The translations under genes were made by a program, and so were the position numbers. The notes beneath the pieces were generated by a model. That model had not been told where the DNA came from and did not search any database. It saw only the letters and a list, made by a program, of their open reading frames with translations. From a virus, in the IMG/VR virus record IMGVR_UViG_3300023179_000044, positions 39,879-103,878 of that record: 64,000 nucleotides of DNA, one strand, 5' to 3'. Shown here in pieces: positions 1 through 11,173 of this stretch (within the stretch, counting starts at the first letter, position 1; every line of letters starts with the position of its first letter).

Positions 1-659
1 ATTTGCCAAAGAAGCGGGAGTGGAAGTTCTCTAATAGAAACTGCATCTTTTTTAAATTTTCTTCCGTCTCCAGATTCTATATCTTCTGGAATTAAAAGAG
101 GAATAGAAAACTTTGCACCGTCAGTTTGAATAGATGCAGTAAGCCCTAAAATTCTTTCTTTTGCTGCATTTGCTGTAGCAATAAGATATGATTTTTCAAT
201 AATTTCATTGGTTATTGCATCATTTACAGAAAAGAATTTTTTAAAACTATTTCCTCTACTACCTGAATTAAAACGACTTCCAGTGTAAACACCAGTCATT
301 TCTTTATGACGAAGTTGACAATATCCCTTAGCACGGGGGCCAAGATACTTTGAGAGGTGACGAACACAGCGGGTCCAATCTCCAGGAACTCCCCACATAA
401 TTTTTGCTCCACCTACACCTCTAGTCCAGTAGTGCCTTAAATCTTCTGCATTTCCCCTATTTCTATCTAGACCCCCACCAGCAGTAAGAGCTTCATACTC
501 TTTATCTCCACATTTTGCTAGCTCCTCTAGAGCATACTCAATCTCCATCTGAGGCTGCCAGTTAGATTCATATAATGGATCTTCTTCTTGCATAATTTCT
601 TCATAGGACATAAGAAGATCTTCATTAGTGATATCAGTTGGATTTCCTATTTCCATCAT
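1..659 (-). CDS. Probable capsid maturation (prohead) protease, runs off the window; not in the ORF track
   Basis: Hand translation from ATG 659: MMEIGNPTD...LTAGGGLDRNRGNAEDLRHYWTRG...IPEDIESGDGRKFKKDAVSIRELPLPLLWQ. The ESGDGR...LPLPL.WQ pattern resembles actinophage capsid proteases; lies in the head module. Confidence 0.6.
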   Translation of the reverse strand, partial: MMEIGNPTDITNEDLLMSYEEIMQEEDPLYESNWQPQMEIEYALEELAKCGDKEYEALTAGGGLDRNRGNAEDLRHYWTRGVGGAKIMWGVPGDWTRCVRHLSKYLGPRAKGYCQLRHKEMTGVYTGSRFNSGSRGNSFKKFFSVNDAITNEIIEKSYLIATANAAKERILGLTASIQTDGAKFSIPLLIPEDIESGDGRKFKKDAVSIRELPLPLLWQ

Positions 660-666
660 GTATTCG

Positions 667-2598
667 TTATCTGCCACGGTTACGATCTCTCTTTGCATGA
701 GTTGCGGTATAAAAACCTAGGGCTTCTTTGTGCCTAAGTTGACAATATCCTTTTGCTCTAGGTCCAAGATATTTAGCTAAATGTCTAACACATCTCTTCC
801 AGTCCCCAGGGAGTCCCCATTTAATCTTTAATGCACCTTCTCCGCGAGTCCAGTATCTGCGTAGCTTTTCTGCATTACCTCGATTTCTATCTAGTCCACC
901 ACCGGCAACCATAGTCGAGTAGTGGTCACCCCAGAAATTAATTAGATGCTGATATGTAGATGACATCGCTGCTTGAGGAGCACCCATTGGTGCTTGTGTC
1001 GGAGCTGGCATAGGGGCTGGCATAGGTCCAGCTGGTGCCGCTGGAGCCGGATTCTGCTCTTTTGGCGGCTGAGTAGACTCATCTACTTGCTTAAGGATAT
1101 CTTTAACAAGTTCTGGAGTATCTAGTTTAACTACAGGTGGAGGAGTAGCTGATTGCAAGTCTCTTAGAATTTGCTCATCTAAAACCCATTTTTGATCTTT
1201 ACGCTTGTATGTGAGAGGTTGATTAGTAGTTGCTGTTTTTGGAACAATTGCAACTACATCCATTACGGCCTGCGGATCATCTGGTGAAACAATAGCAATA
1301 TATTTTGGCTCTACATCACTAGTTTTAGGTGTCATATCTTCAGCCGAAGCACCATCTGAAGTTAGAGCAACTTTTCCTCTAAATTTAGTAACTGCATTTG
1401 ACCAATCAGTAAGCATCTGATCTAATTCATATTTAGTCATTGGACTAGGACCACTTGATAGTAAAGCTACAGGACCATCTTTTTCAACAACCGGCTGAGC
1501 TAAAATTCCTTTTGTATTGATAGGAGTAATTGGAGCAACAATTTTGTAAGATTTTTCTTCTGTAGAGTCATCTATTTTTTCAAATCCAGAAGCCTGAATG
1601 ATTCTATCAATCATGCCCATGTCGAGATCTTCTATCGAGTCAGAAAACATCTGAGATTCGTCTGGATTAATATCATCAATTTGAATCATTTTAAAGGGAG
1701 ATTCTTGCATGAGAGCTGAAATAATAATTGCAGAGTCAGAATCAACTAAAACATGTGTTTTTTCAGTTTTATCATATGGATCATCTAGTCCTGAATCGTA
1801 AGTATAAATATCACCATCAATATAACCAAGATCATCCCAAGAGCAGTCGTCCCATACATAAACGTGACCATCGATTTCTATTTTGTAAAGACGATCAATC
1901 CCAGAGCCATCTAATCTAACTCTTACTAAAAACTCAGGGCCATATGACGAATCTAAATTATGAGCTTCTTTAAAAGCATTTATATCTGACTCATAGTCAT
2001 CTTCATAGTAGCTGTCAAGATGATCTTCATATTCTGGATCCGTATATCCAGTTGAAGTCATTGCTCGTTTTTCACGCTCTACAATTGCAGAAGCCCAACG
2101 CCAAGCAGCGTCACCGCCCCACAGTGCCCAGGCGATTCGTCCATTACTAGGGAAGTTATCTTCACCCAAATCCCATCCTTTACCCTTTTTGTCGACTTCA
2201 TGACGAGGGAAATATTTAGCGATATGGCGGACCTTTGCTAGACCGATTTGACCACCTTTAGCAAGTGTACGAGCAGTATTAAGCCCAACTGGAGTTCCGC
2301 CTCGGTGGTGCTCTTTGTGCCACTTAAGGGCTTTAATTGCTTCGGATTTAACACCATCAGGAATAGTGTACATTCTGCTAGTAGATGCAACTACTGGATT
2401 TAGAGTGCTATCTAGTGTTACAGATGCAAGCTCATAGGCGGTTTCCGGAGTCTCTGAATTAAAAGTCCAACCACTTTTTTGAATATTAGAAAGTGCACCC
2501 ATCTCAGTGACGATGTTAAGTTCAGTGTCAATAATTACACTGTAGTCGCCAATAGCAAAAAGCGATAACTTTCCTATACTTCCTAAATATTCAAGCAT
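667..2598 (-). CDS. Head-module multidomain protein (643 aa)
   Basis: Contains a GGTPVG...YFPRHEVDK...GRIAWALWGGD module and a C-terminal YWTRG...WG.PGDW.RCVRHL.KYLG...GYC module duplicated in the next gene. Confidence 0.6.
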   Translation of the reverse strand: MLEYLGSIGKLSLFAIGDYSVIIDTELNIVTEMGALSNIQKSGWTFNSETPETAYELASVTLDSTLNPVVASTSRMYTIPDGVKSEAIKALKWHKEHHRGGTPVGLNTARTLAKGGQIGLAKVRHIAKYFPRHEVDKKGKGWDLGEDNFPSNGRIAWALWGGDAAWRWASAIVEREKRAMTSTGYTDPEYEDHLDSYYEDDYESDINAFKEAHNLDSSYGPEFLVRVRLDGSGIDRLYKIEIDGHVYVWDDCSWDDLGYIDGDIYTYDSGLDDPYDKTEKTHVLVDSDSAIIISALMQESPFKMIQIDDINPDESQMFSDSIEDLDMGMIDRIIQASGFEKIDDSTEEKSYKIVAPITPINTKGILAQPVVEKDGPVALLSSGPSPMTKYELDQMLTDWSNAVTKFRGKVALTSDGASAEDMTPKTSDVEPKYIAIVSPDDPQAVMDVVAIVPKTATTNQPLTYKRKDQKWVLDEQILRDLQSATPPPVVKLDTPELVKDILKQVDESTQPPKEQNPAPAAPAGPMPAPMPAPTQAPMGAPQAAMSSTYQHLINFWGDHYSTMVAGGGLDRNRGNAEKLRRYWTRGEGALKIKWGLPGDWKRCVRHLAKYLGPRAKGYCQLRHKEALGFYTATHAKRDRNRGR

Positions 2599-2600
2599 TT

Positions 2601-3002
2601 TTACTCTCTAGCTGGATTACTACCGAACAGAGTGTATTCTTCTAACCACTCTTCATTTAAAGTGCCATCAACGTATTTAACAAGAGCAAGTGACTTGTTA
2701 TTTTCATCAAAAGCTTCGTCATTTTTCCAATCAACTACATAATTTACATAGTCATTAAATAAATCATGAACGCGCCAAGAATAGTTTCCTGGAGCTAAAA
2801 CCCACTGATCTTTTTCTTTATTGTAGTAAGAAATACCAAAAGCACCATCAGCTAAAATATCTACAACTTTTCTAGTTTTAGGGTCTAAAAATATATAAAT
2901 TTTTCTACCCAGAGTAGTCTTTTTAGAGACAGATTCATTTTCTGGTAGTTGAACTTTATAGTCCTCTACTTTTGTATCTTTACTAACTGAACTATTTACC
3001 AT
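2601..3002 (-). CDS. Hypothetical protein (133 aa)
   Basis: ORF tiled in the operon downstream of the 2593-aa gene. Confidence 0.6.
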   Translation of the reverse strand: MVNSSVSKDTKVEDYKVQLPENESVSKKTTLGRKIYIFLDPKTRKVVDILADGAFGISYYNKEKDQWVLAPGNYSWRVHDLFNDYVNYVVDWKNDEAFDENNKSLALVKYVDGTLNEEWLEEYTLFGSNPARE

Positions 3003-3020
3003 AATATACTCTATTCTATT

Positions 3021-3383
3021 CTAATACAGTATTGTACCAGTGTCATTGGTAGGACCAAGTCCCATTGAACGCATTGTCGGAGCATTTCCTTCTATTTTAA
3101 CTTCCCCTGGCTCATCATAAAGACCATATGCAGCAGCGACTACAGCATATGGGTCCTCTAAAGATGCAGATAAGAATGGTCCAGTTGGAGTTACGGCCCA
3201 GTCTGGTCCATTCGCCATTGAATAAATATAGTTTTCTATATCTTTAGAAATAGCATCGGCATCTTCGGTGTGAGTTATAAAGTAGCCATCTGGAACCCAG
3301 ACTAGTTTTTCTCCAAGAACATATATATTAAATGGTTCATTGTACTTTTTTCTCCACGGCTGAGCGGCATAAAATTCTTCCAT
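3021..3383 (-). CDS. Small acidic protein (TPTGP motif), candidate partner/immunity protein
   Basis: Starts 8 bp after the giant gene whose C-terminus has a HExxH domain. Function inferred from position only. Confidence 0.5.
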   Translation of the reverse strand: MEEFYAAQPWRKKYNEPFNIYVLGEKLVWVPDGYFITHTEDADAISKDIENYIYSMANGPDWAVTPTGPFLSASLEDPYAVVAAAYGLYDEPGEVKIEGNAPTMRSMGLGPTNDTGTILY

Positions 3384-3391
3384 AGTATATC

Positions 3392-6300
3392 CTACAATCC
3401 TGTAATTTTGCTTAGATAACTTCTAAGACTATTTAATTCTTTTTCAGTATACTTTGAAGCTTCTTCACCTTCAAGTTCATTTTGCAAGAAGTTGATTAAC
3501 TGGCTATATTCAGATCTACTAAGAGTTCCATCACTACCAGAGAATTTATCAATTATAGAAGAAATAACTCCTTCATTATCTGATCCTATAGATCCTTTTT
3601 GCATGGCTTTCTGCGCAGATCCGGATGGCTTAGGAGTAGTAACTGAACTATTAGCTTTAGCCACTGCACCAGATCTATCTGCTAGTGCAAATAATGTACC
3701 GAAAGCAAGATTTCTTACATCGTTATCTACTCCATCAGACTTAGCTCTACCAAATACTTGAACTATATTATCTACAGGATTGCCTTTAGAATCAGTATAA
3801 GTATCAGTATTTGGATCGTAATTTACATCAATTACTTTCTTTTTACCATCTTTATCTTTGATTTTTGCCTTTAGGCCTTTTCCTCTAGAAGCAATCCCAG
3901 GTAGAGATAAAGCATCTTCAAAAGCCATAGTCATAACTTCGCTATGAGATGATTCTGGAGTAATTCCTCTTTCATAGACCTTAGACATATATGGACTAGC
4001 AAGACCCTTAATCGCTAATGCTTTTTCTTTGTCGCTATACCCTGGACCAAGAAGCTCAGCTAGTCTCAAGACATTTGGAAGCATTTCTTCAGGTGTTCCT
4101 GCATTTTGCACGCCTTTATCATAAATAAATGCATGCTGCAGTTGAGGCATATTAGGAATTAATTCTGCAATAACGTGAGTATTCTCGTGAATTGCAGTAG
4201 CAGTAGTTCCGCCATCACCTTTCTGAGACATCCCTGGTCTATTAGATAAGTGAATATGGAATCCCTTTATATCTTCACTAACAAAAGCCCTAGGTACGCC
4301 AGACATAATGAAAATGCTTTTATTTTCATTTCTAGCCCTACTAATTAATCCACGAATCATAGATGATGGAAGTAGGCTTATTGCTTCTTCAAAACCAACC
4401 TTTGATAAGAATGTATCTTCAGGTCTTACGGGTAGATTTTTCTCTTCACTAAATAGCAAACCATTAAATTCACTCAATGACACGTTATCAAGTTCGATGC
4501 CTTCGTCATTCATGGTATCTATGTAGCCTTGTCTTTGGGCAGCACCTATAGTTTGAATAGCACGTCTTTCAGAAACCTGAGCATCTTTATGATTTTTTGC
4601 AGCAAGCTTAAATTTACTTTGAAGTGTTTTATATGCAGCAGTTGCTGCTCTATCATTCATAACATCATAAGCATGGAAATGAATTGCATTAGAGCCAAGA
4701 ACGCCAGTTTTGACAGAAGTAGCAAGATATGGAAGTCCAGCTGCATCTAAACGCTTCTTTAGTTCATCTCTATCAACTTCTGGACCATTAGGACCATTTT
4801 TAATTAATCCTTCGGCATTCATTTTATCAAAAATAGCTTTTTGATTAGCATTAGATATCGTTGCTAGATTAGACGGAACTGACTTAAATTTAGACATTCC
4901 TTTAGCTCTTTCAAGATCTAATGCATTTTTTGCAGAAACTTTTTCATTTTCTTTTTCAACTCTATTTGACTCTAAATCATTAAAGAAAGTATCCAAATCT
5001 GGAGCATTAGAAGTTGATATGCCCTGGGACTGAAGATTTTCTAAAGTTCTTTGATCAATCTTTTTTCTAAGTTCATCACCAATAGCCAATACTTCATCTT
5101 TAGCTTTTCTAGCCTCTTCGGTAGGTTTAACCGCTGTATCAGAACTATCCTTAATTGGAGTCCTTTGAGTAGTATCAATAGATAATGTTTTAGCAGTTTT
5201 TCCATCGCTACCCATTCCAATTCCAATATCAGCTGCTCTCTTTCCAAGTGTAGTTAGAGCAGATGGTTCTGGAGCCTTGAGAGGAGAAGAAGAAATTATT
5301 TCATCAGTATCATTAAAGGTTTTAGAATCACCATTGTCAAAAGTAAACTTAGTTACAGCCGACCCAGTCTTTTTATTTGTTCCAGACTTCTTAGATATAA
5401 CTCTACCAAAACGACCCCCATTTGGATCGTACAGGGTATCTCCTACAGAAATATCAGATGCTTTGGTTGAAGTACCTTTTTGCGGGCTACCAATTATTTG
5501 ATCTTCATACTTATTATAATCAATATAAGAAAAATCAATTGCATCAGTATTAAACTTCATGATAGGAACAATGTCACCATTATCATCATAAGCTTTTTTA
5601 TCAAAAATCAAACCTTTATCAAAATCAACAACATCTCCATTTTTAAGAGCACGCTCAACGTCAAGTTGATCATTTCTTACAGTTTTTCTTCCCTTTTCTA
5701 GAGGTGTATTATCAGGAACTCTTATGAGTTTTTCAGTTGTAATAACTCTAGGTTGCTCATCTGGGTCATCAGAGAACCTAACACTTACATAGTTAGAGTA
5801 AGCAAAGTTTCCTGCAGCATCATGTTCAACTCTAAGTTTATGATCAATTACACCTACGGCATCGCCATTAGGATCGATATTATTTGGCCATCTCACTTTC
5901 ATTCCAACCTGAGCAATTTCTCCACTCTTAAGCCTGTGAGGAGCTAATGCGATTCCAGCATCATCAAGAACTTTATTTTCTATAAAGTCAACAATTTCTT
6001 TAAACTGATCAGTAAACTCGCGCTCATCAAGATATGCAAATTTTTGTCTTAGAGTTTCAAGGATGACTCTTTTAGCTACATCTCTTGCTTCCTGAGTATC
6101 AGGAAGATCAGCAACATATGATACTAAAGCATTAACTGCAGCTAATTTATCTCCTTTATCAAGAGCATCCCAGAATGATGGAATACCTTTTCTCATTTGG
6201 TTATAGAGCTGGCTCGTATCTTTTGCTTTTGATTTATTTAATCTTTGCTCTCTACCCCCAAGAATTAGCAATGCTTCTTCGGTAGGAGTTCTTAAAGAAA

Positions 6301-9300
6301 GGCTTGTATCATCTGAAGACGGGTCTCTTAGGATATTTTCAAAACTTCCTGTCCGCTGAGCCTTAAATCCTCCACGAATTCCTCCGTAGTATCTTTCATT
6401 ACGCATCTGATCCTTAGGTGTTTTTCCTTTAGGATTTGCTTTCCAGTCACGAAGGAAGTATTTTTCTAATAGAGCCTGAGGGCCACTAACACCTAGCAAA
6501 CTTGTAAGACTCTTATGAGGAGCATAGTGATAGAAAGTTTCTGACATACCAGTGTTTAAATCAGTATAAGTTGCTACAACTCTAAAGTTATCATCCTGAT
6601 TCTTTACAATACGAAGTTCAAAAAATGTTTTTTTACCAGCAAAATCTTTAGATGTTTTAGGCTCAGTAAAACTTAGTTCCCTGGCCCAAACTATGCTGCC
6701 ATCTTGTTTAATAGTTGCATTAGGATTAATTGCTAACAATGCAGCAATAATATCTTCTCCTTTAGCAGTAGACACGCTAGCAAGGGCAGTTTTAGGAATA
6801 CCGGATACATCAATTCCTTCTACACGCTTTTTAGGATCGTCTTGTCTAGCTGGGTTATCAACCCAGAACCTAGACGGACCTCCAGGATGAGGAGTTGGAG
6901 TTATTACAGTAGAAGCATTCTTTGGCTTAGCGAATCTAGAAGAATTCTTAGATTGAATACTTCTTCCATTATTAAGTTTTTCTAATGCTGCAATTAAAGA
7001 AGAAACTCCACCCTTATTAGACTGAACATCAGCTATAAAGTTAGGATCTTTAAATAGTTCTTCAATTACAGTATCGCCATCTGCACCTGAATCAATTAAT
7101 TTAGCAATTTTTCCAGTAGGGTCATATTTAGATAGCTTAGACTTTGAAAGTTCTCTGTTATTTCTAACCCCGGCACTACGCTGTTGTCCAAAATTCTTAG
7201 CTAATTCGTCAATACTGTCATATTTTTTAGATGGAACTGAAGAATCACTTCTATTACGAAGAAGTGCACTACCGTCTTTATTAACAGTTACTTCCCAGCG
7301 CACGCCATCAATTAACTTACTGTATTGCTGTCTACCTTTAGACCCAATTTGTTGCCAACCATCAAGGAAGTTTTTAGGCGGGGTAGTTGGACCAGAAACT
7401 CTTCCCTGAGAGATAAATGTTTCTTGATCATTTTGTTCAATAAATGGCTTTCCATTTCTTCCGGTAGATCCAAGAGACGAAGAAAGTTTTTCTGGTTTAG
7501 ATCCTCCATCTTCTTCATTTCCAGGACCTCGAACTTCTTCGGCCATTTTATCTCTATAATCCCAGCCATCCATTCCGTAGTCCGCCGGGCGGTTATATTT
7601 AGTATTAAACTTCTCGAGGCCATCTCGTCCAGAGTAATTCATTGCCCACTCAAGGCTACCTAAAAATAAACCTTTTTTAGCTCTAGTTGTAGAAACATAA
7701 TGAATTCTTGTTTCTTCTTCATCTAATGCTCTTTTAGCTATTTTTTTATCTTCAGAATTTGGATCAGCAAAATCATTACCGAGACTAACGTAATCCCACT
7801 CTAGACCTTTACCCCTATGCGCAGTACTAAGAGTTACATCAGCAATTACATCATTTGCTTCTAGTCTATTTGGAATGTAAGCAGCTATTGCATCTAATTC
7901 AGACTGACGATCATCATCATCACGAGTTGAAAACTCCCAGTGTTGTTCTGTACCATTATATTTCCAGCCTCGATTTTTTAGGTAGTCTTTAAGCGGAGAC
8001 CCATTTACATACTCTTTATATGTAGCTTCACCACTTAATGTTAGAACTCCAAAATCATCAACTTCATAATTTAATCCTCTACCAGCTTTAGATATCCATA
8101 CGGTTCCAGATGACCCAATTGAAGCATCCAAATTAGAATCTACAGCACCTCCAGTATCAGACTTATCTACTAATAGATCCTCTATAACTTCACCAAGACG
8201 ATCGTATCTTGTTTTACCTGTATTATCTGCATATGTAGAAAATGTATACCAACGGCCAACTACAGATTTAGGATCTCTTTCTGCTCTTTTTTGAAACTCT
8301 TTTAAGGTTGTAATTCCTCTAAAATCAGAATCTTTTATGGGCTCTCCATTAGGCATTTGAGGGGTTTTAGTTCTATCTTTAAAATCTGCCCTAAGCCACT
8401 GTATATAGTAGTAATTATTAGTTAATTCTTTATAAAGCTGGCTTAAAGCCGCAACTTTTCTATTATCATCAATAAAACCAACAATAGCTTCGGCAGCAGC
8501 TAAATTAGTCCTAGTTAAGTGAGCTCTCTGTGGTCCAAATGGTAGTTCATCAATATCCCCTACAATTCCAGGGAAGTTAGAATCATCAACATTAGGATTT
8601 CCTACAAGACGCTTATTGTCTCCAAGTATATTTAGAAAAGCATTACCTGGTCCAGTTAAAGAATCAGGCATTCTATAGCTTGTAGTTAAGTTTACAACTG
8701 CACCAGCCGAGTTCTTTGCATCATTTAATGCGTTAACTGCACCTCTCCAGGTAAAGATATTTTGATTTGTATCTCCAACGTGAGCGAGCTGAATATTTCC
8801 TTTATTATTTTTTAGAATATCAACAACAGTCTCGTTTGTGTCCTGAGCTTCATCAATAATTACAAGTTTTGCTGGTAGTCTCTTCGTTCCAACTTTAATT
8901 TTAGATAAATCCGGATTACTAAGTTGCCAAAGTTTTAGCACATGGTCCTGGCTAATAGCTATTCTTCTATTACCAACAAATTTTTTCTTGTCTTTATCCC
9001 AGTAGCCAAGTTTAGGATTATCTTGACTAATGTCATCCCAGTATTTATTTGCCCAGCCAAGCCATTTATCAAAATCAATCTTGTACTTTTGACCGTCTCC
9101 TTCCATAAAATCTTCTGTAGGCATGTCAAAAGCATCAGAAAATGCTTTAATTACGTTATCTTTTGATATCTCTCTACCAGGAGAATTACAGAAATTAGAA
9201 ATGATTTTATCTACAAGAAAAGCTGCATCTTCACTATCAATATTTCTTCCAGGACCAGGAGTATCATCAGTACCTAAATGAAGAGCCAGATATTCTGGAG

Positions 9301-11173
9301 TATAGACAAGTTTAGAAAACTTTGGTGCTCTATTAATTTTTGTTGCAGCTTTTTGCTGAATAGTTAAAGATTTTCTAGCTAATTTGTGAGTTGTCATCGC
9401 ATCTGAGTTATCACGTGGAAGCCTAGCTTTTGCATCAGCAGCATTTTTATTACCAAAAGTAAGTACTAATACACCATCATCTGGGCGTAGCCGACCCATG
9501 GCCCTAGCAATAGCTACCGATGTGGCAGTCTTTCCACAACCAGCTAATGCATCCATAACAGTATCTTGCTTAGCTAAAACAATCGCAGCAATTGCTCTTT
9601 TTTGTTCAGAGCTTGGTACAAATCCTCCCGTATCTTGAGTAAAGTCCTGACCTGCCGCCAAAGCATCAAGTTCTTCGTTGCTCATCTTAGCTACTTCTTC
9701 AATAGCCTGTTTAACTTCTTCTACAGTAGGTGGAGTTTCACCAGTAAGTTCTGGATCCTTCATTGGATCGCTTGTTGTTTCACTTGGAGGAATATTTAAA
9801 TTCAAATCTCCGTCTTTTGCTGGAGGAGTGAATCCACCATCCCCCTCTGAAGTTTCTGGAGTCTGGATAGACGGAGTTTCTTCTTCTCCATCTTTAAAAT
9901 CAACATCATCATCAGGAATATCTTCATATGAAGGACCGTAAGATCTTCCGCCTTTTCTACCCTTTGCTTTTTCAACAACTTCATCTACAGTTGGCGCGTT
10001 GCCATCCATCGCATCATCAATTGCTTCTTTAATGATGTCATCAGATGCTGGCTGAGATTCTTTATCTAATTTTGATGGTTCGTATTTTTCTGCCTCTGTA
10101 GTGTCAATAATTTCAGGTTCAGTAGTATCTGGAAGCGTGCCCGGCTCTTCATCGGTCAGTAGATTTTCAAAATATTCTTTATTTGGAATATCTTCTGTTG
10201 GAGACTCGGATCCATCTTTAAGTCCATCCATTACTTTAGAATTTAATAGTCTTCTAGCAGCTCTAAGTCTTTCAATTCTTTGTGTATCAGGATTTTCTTC
10301 AGCTTTTAAAGACTCAATTTTATCTTTAAGAGCTTCATCTAATTTAAATATAGGAAACTTTGACTCAAGTTCTGATCTTAGTCGAGCAGCTTCCCCTTTT
10401 TTATTTTTTTCACCAGAAATTTTTCTATAGTTTGAATGTTCCTTACCAAAGTACTTCCAAGCATTACGATTAAAACTCTTTCGACCTGCCTCCCTAACAA
10501 CATCCTCCACGCTCTGCTGTGGCTTCATTAGTGGTTCTTCTGGCTCTACTTGCTTAGATGGAACAACTTCTTCCGATGGCATGCTTTCGACTATGCGAGC
10601 AAGCTCTTCTTTTGACATCTTTCCTTCAGCACCAGGCTCAAGCTGAGCAAGAGGAGAGTTAGCTTTTTGCTCTTCAATTATTTGCTTTTCTTCATCTGTA
10701 GGAGTAGCATCAGCAAGTTCTAAGTCCTGAGGAGTAATTTCATCAATTAAAGTATTCTCATAGTCAAGAAAATCGTCCTGTGACCACTCTCTAGAAATAA
10801 TAGGATTTCCCCTACTATCGAGTTTTTGACCTGGAGTAATGCCTTGACGCTTAAGAGCTTCTTCAGGAATAATACCTTCAATGGTTTCCATGGCATTTGT
10901 AGGAACGTGATAAACACCATCTCTAAAGCCTTTATCAGAAAAACCTTGAACTAAAATTCTAGCAAAACCCTTAATTTTATTAGAAGCTCCGATATACTTA
11001 CCTCTAATAGGGATTGGTGGCAAACCATGCTTCAGCCTAGCTAGCATTAATTGTAGATGGCCCATTTCGGCCCACTGGCCGTGGCGATCACGAAGCTGGA
11101 CCATCCAGAAACCCTTGTTAGCTCCTAAGCCAACTGCAATAATTACTTCTGGGTCTTTATTTTCTAATGACAT
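3392..11173 (-). CDS. Giant polyvalent protein (2593 aa): shared N-terminal domain, SF1 UvrD/Rep-like helicase, C-terminal HExxH zincin-like metallopeptidase
   Basis: Walker A ALAGCGKT (~9525-9550), IIDEAQD (~8841-8860), VGDTNQNIFTWRGA, LTTSYR, STAHRGKGLEWD (~7795-7830), EETRIHYVSTTRAK; HENTH at ~4175-4189 with downstream EVMTMAFE. Confidence 0.85.
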   Translation of the reverse strand: MSLENKDPEVIIAVGLGANKGFWMVQLRDRHGQWAEMGHLQLMLARLKHGLPPIPIRGKYIGASNKIKGFARILVQGFSDKGFRDGVYHVPTNAMETIEGIIPEEALKRQGITPGQKLDSRGNPIISREWSQDDFLDYENTLIDEITPQDLELADATPTDEEKQIIEEQKANSPLAQLEPGAEGKMSKEELARIVESMPSEEVVPSKQVEPEEPLMKPQQSVEDVVREAGRKSFNRNAWKYFGKEHSNYRKISGEKNKKGEAARLRSELESKFPIFKLDEALKDKIESLKAEENPDTQRIERLRAARRLLNSKVMDGLKDGSESPTEDIPNKEYFENLLTDEEPGTLPDTTEPEIIDTTEAEKYEPSKLDKESQPASDDIIKEAIDDAMDGNAPTVDEVVEKAKGRKGGRSYGPSYEDIPDDDVDFKDGEEETPSIQTPETSEGDGGFTPPAKDGDLNLNIPPSETTSDPMKDPELTGETPPTVEEVKQAIEEVAKMSNEELDALAAGQDFTQDTGGFVPSSEQKRAIAAIVLAKQDTVMDALAGCGKTATSVAIARAMGRLRPDDGVLVLTFGNKNAADAKARLPRDNSDAMTTHKLARKSLTIQQKAATKINRAPKFSKLVYTPEYLALHLGTDDTPGPGRNIDSEDAAFLVDKIISNFCNSPGREISKDNVIKAFSDAFDMPTEDFMEGDGQKYKIDFDKWLGWANKYWDDISQDNPKLGYWDKDKKKFVGNRRIAISQDHVLKLWQLSNPDLSKIKVGTKRLPAKLVIIDEAQDTNETVVDILKNNKGNIQLAHVGDTNQNIFTWRGAVNALNDAKNSAGAVVNLTTSYRMPDSLTGPGNAFLNILGDNKRLVGNPNVDDSNFPGIVGDIDELPFGPQRAHLTRTNLAAAEAIVGFIDDNRKVAALSQLYKELTNNYYYIQWLRADFKDRTKTPQMPNGEPIKDSDFRGITTLKEFQKRAERDPKSVVGRWYTFSTYADNTGKTRYDRLGEVIEDLLVDKSDTGGAVDSNLDASIGSSGTVWISKAGRGLNYEVDDFGVLTLSGEATYKEYVNGSPLKDYLKNRGWKYNGTEQHWEFSTRDDDDRQSELDAIAAYIPNRLEANDVIADVTLSTAHRGKGLEWDYVSLGNDFADPNSEDKKIAKRALDEEETRIHYVSTTRAKKGLFLGSLEWAMNYSGRDGLEKFNTKYNRPADYGMDGWDYRDKMAEEVRGPGNEEDGGSKPEKLSSSLGSTGRNGKPFIEQNDQETFISQGRVSGPTTPPKNFLDGWQQIGSKGRQQYSKLIDGVRWEVTVNKDGSALLRNRSDSSVPSKKYDSIDELAKNFGQQRSAGVRNNRELSKSKLSKYDPTGKIAKLIDSGADGDTVIEELFKDPNFIADVQSNKGGVSSLIAALEKLNNGRSIQSKNSSRFAKPKNASTVITPTPHPGGPSRFWVDNPARQDDPKKRVEGIDVSGIPKTALASVSTAKGEDIIAALLAINPNATIKQDGSIVWARELSFTEPKTSKDFAGKKTFFELRIVKNQDDNFRVVATYTDLNTGMSETFYHYAPHKSLTSLLGVSGPQALLEKYFLRDWKANPKGKTPKDQMRNERYYGGIRGGFKAQRTGSFENILRDPSSDDTSLSLRTPTEEALLILGGREQRLNKSKAKDTSQLYNQMRKGIPSFWDALDKGDKLAAVNALVSYVADLPDTQEARDVAKRVILETLRQKFAYLDEREFTDQFKEIVDFIENKVLDDAGIALAPHRLKSGEIAQVGMKVRWPNNIDPNGDAVGVIDHKLRVEHDAAGNFAYSNYVSVRFSDDPDEQPRVITTEKLIRVPDNTPLEKGRKTVRNDQLDVERALKNGDVVDFDKGLIFDKKAYDDNGDIVPIMKFNTDAIDFSYIDYNKYEDQIIGSPQKGTSTKASDISVGDTLYDPNGGRFGRVISKKSGTNKKTGSAVTKFTFDNGDSKTFNDTDEIISSSPLKAPEPSALTTLGKRAADIGIGMGSDGKTAKTLSIDTTQRTPIKDSSDTAVKPTEEARKAKDEVLAIGDELRKKIDQRTLENLQSQGISTSNAPDLDTFFNDLESNRVEKENEKVSAKNALDLERAKGMSKFKSVPSNLATISNANQKAIFDKMNAEGLIKNGPNGPEVDRDELKKRLDAAGLPYLATSVKTGVLGSNAIHFHAYDVMNDRAATAAYKTLQSKFKLAAKNHKDAQVSERRAIQTIGAAQRQGYIDTMNDEGIELDNVSLSEFNGLLFSEEKNLPVRPEDTFLSKVGFEEAISLLPSSMIRGLISRARNENKSIFIMSGVPRAFVSEDIKGFHIHLSNRPGMSQKGDGGTTATAIHENTHVIAELIPNMPQLQHAFIYDKGVQNAGTPEEMLPNVLRLAELLGPGYSDKEKALAIKGLASPYMSKVYERGITPESSHSEVMTMAFEDALSLPGIASRGKGLKAKIKDKDGKKKVIDVNYDPNTDTYTDSKGNPVDNIVQVFGRAKSDGVDNDVRNLAFGTLFALADRSGAVAKANSSVTTPKPSGSAQKAMQKGSIGSDNEGVISSIIDKFSGSDGTLSRSEYSQLINFLQNELEGEEASKYTEKELNSLRSYLSKITGL

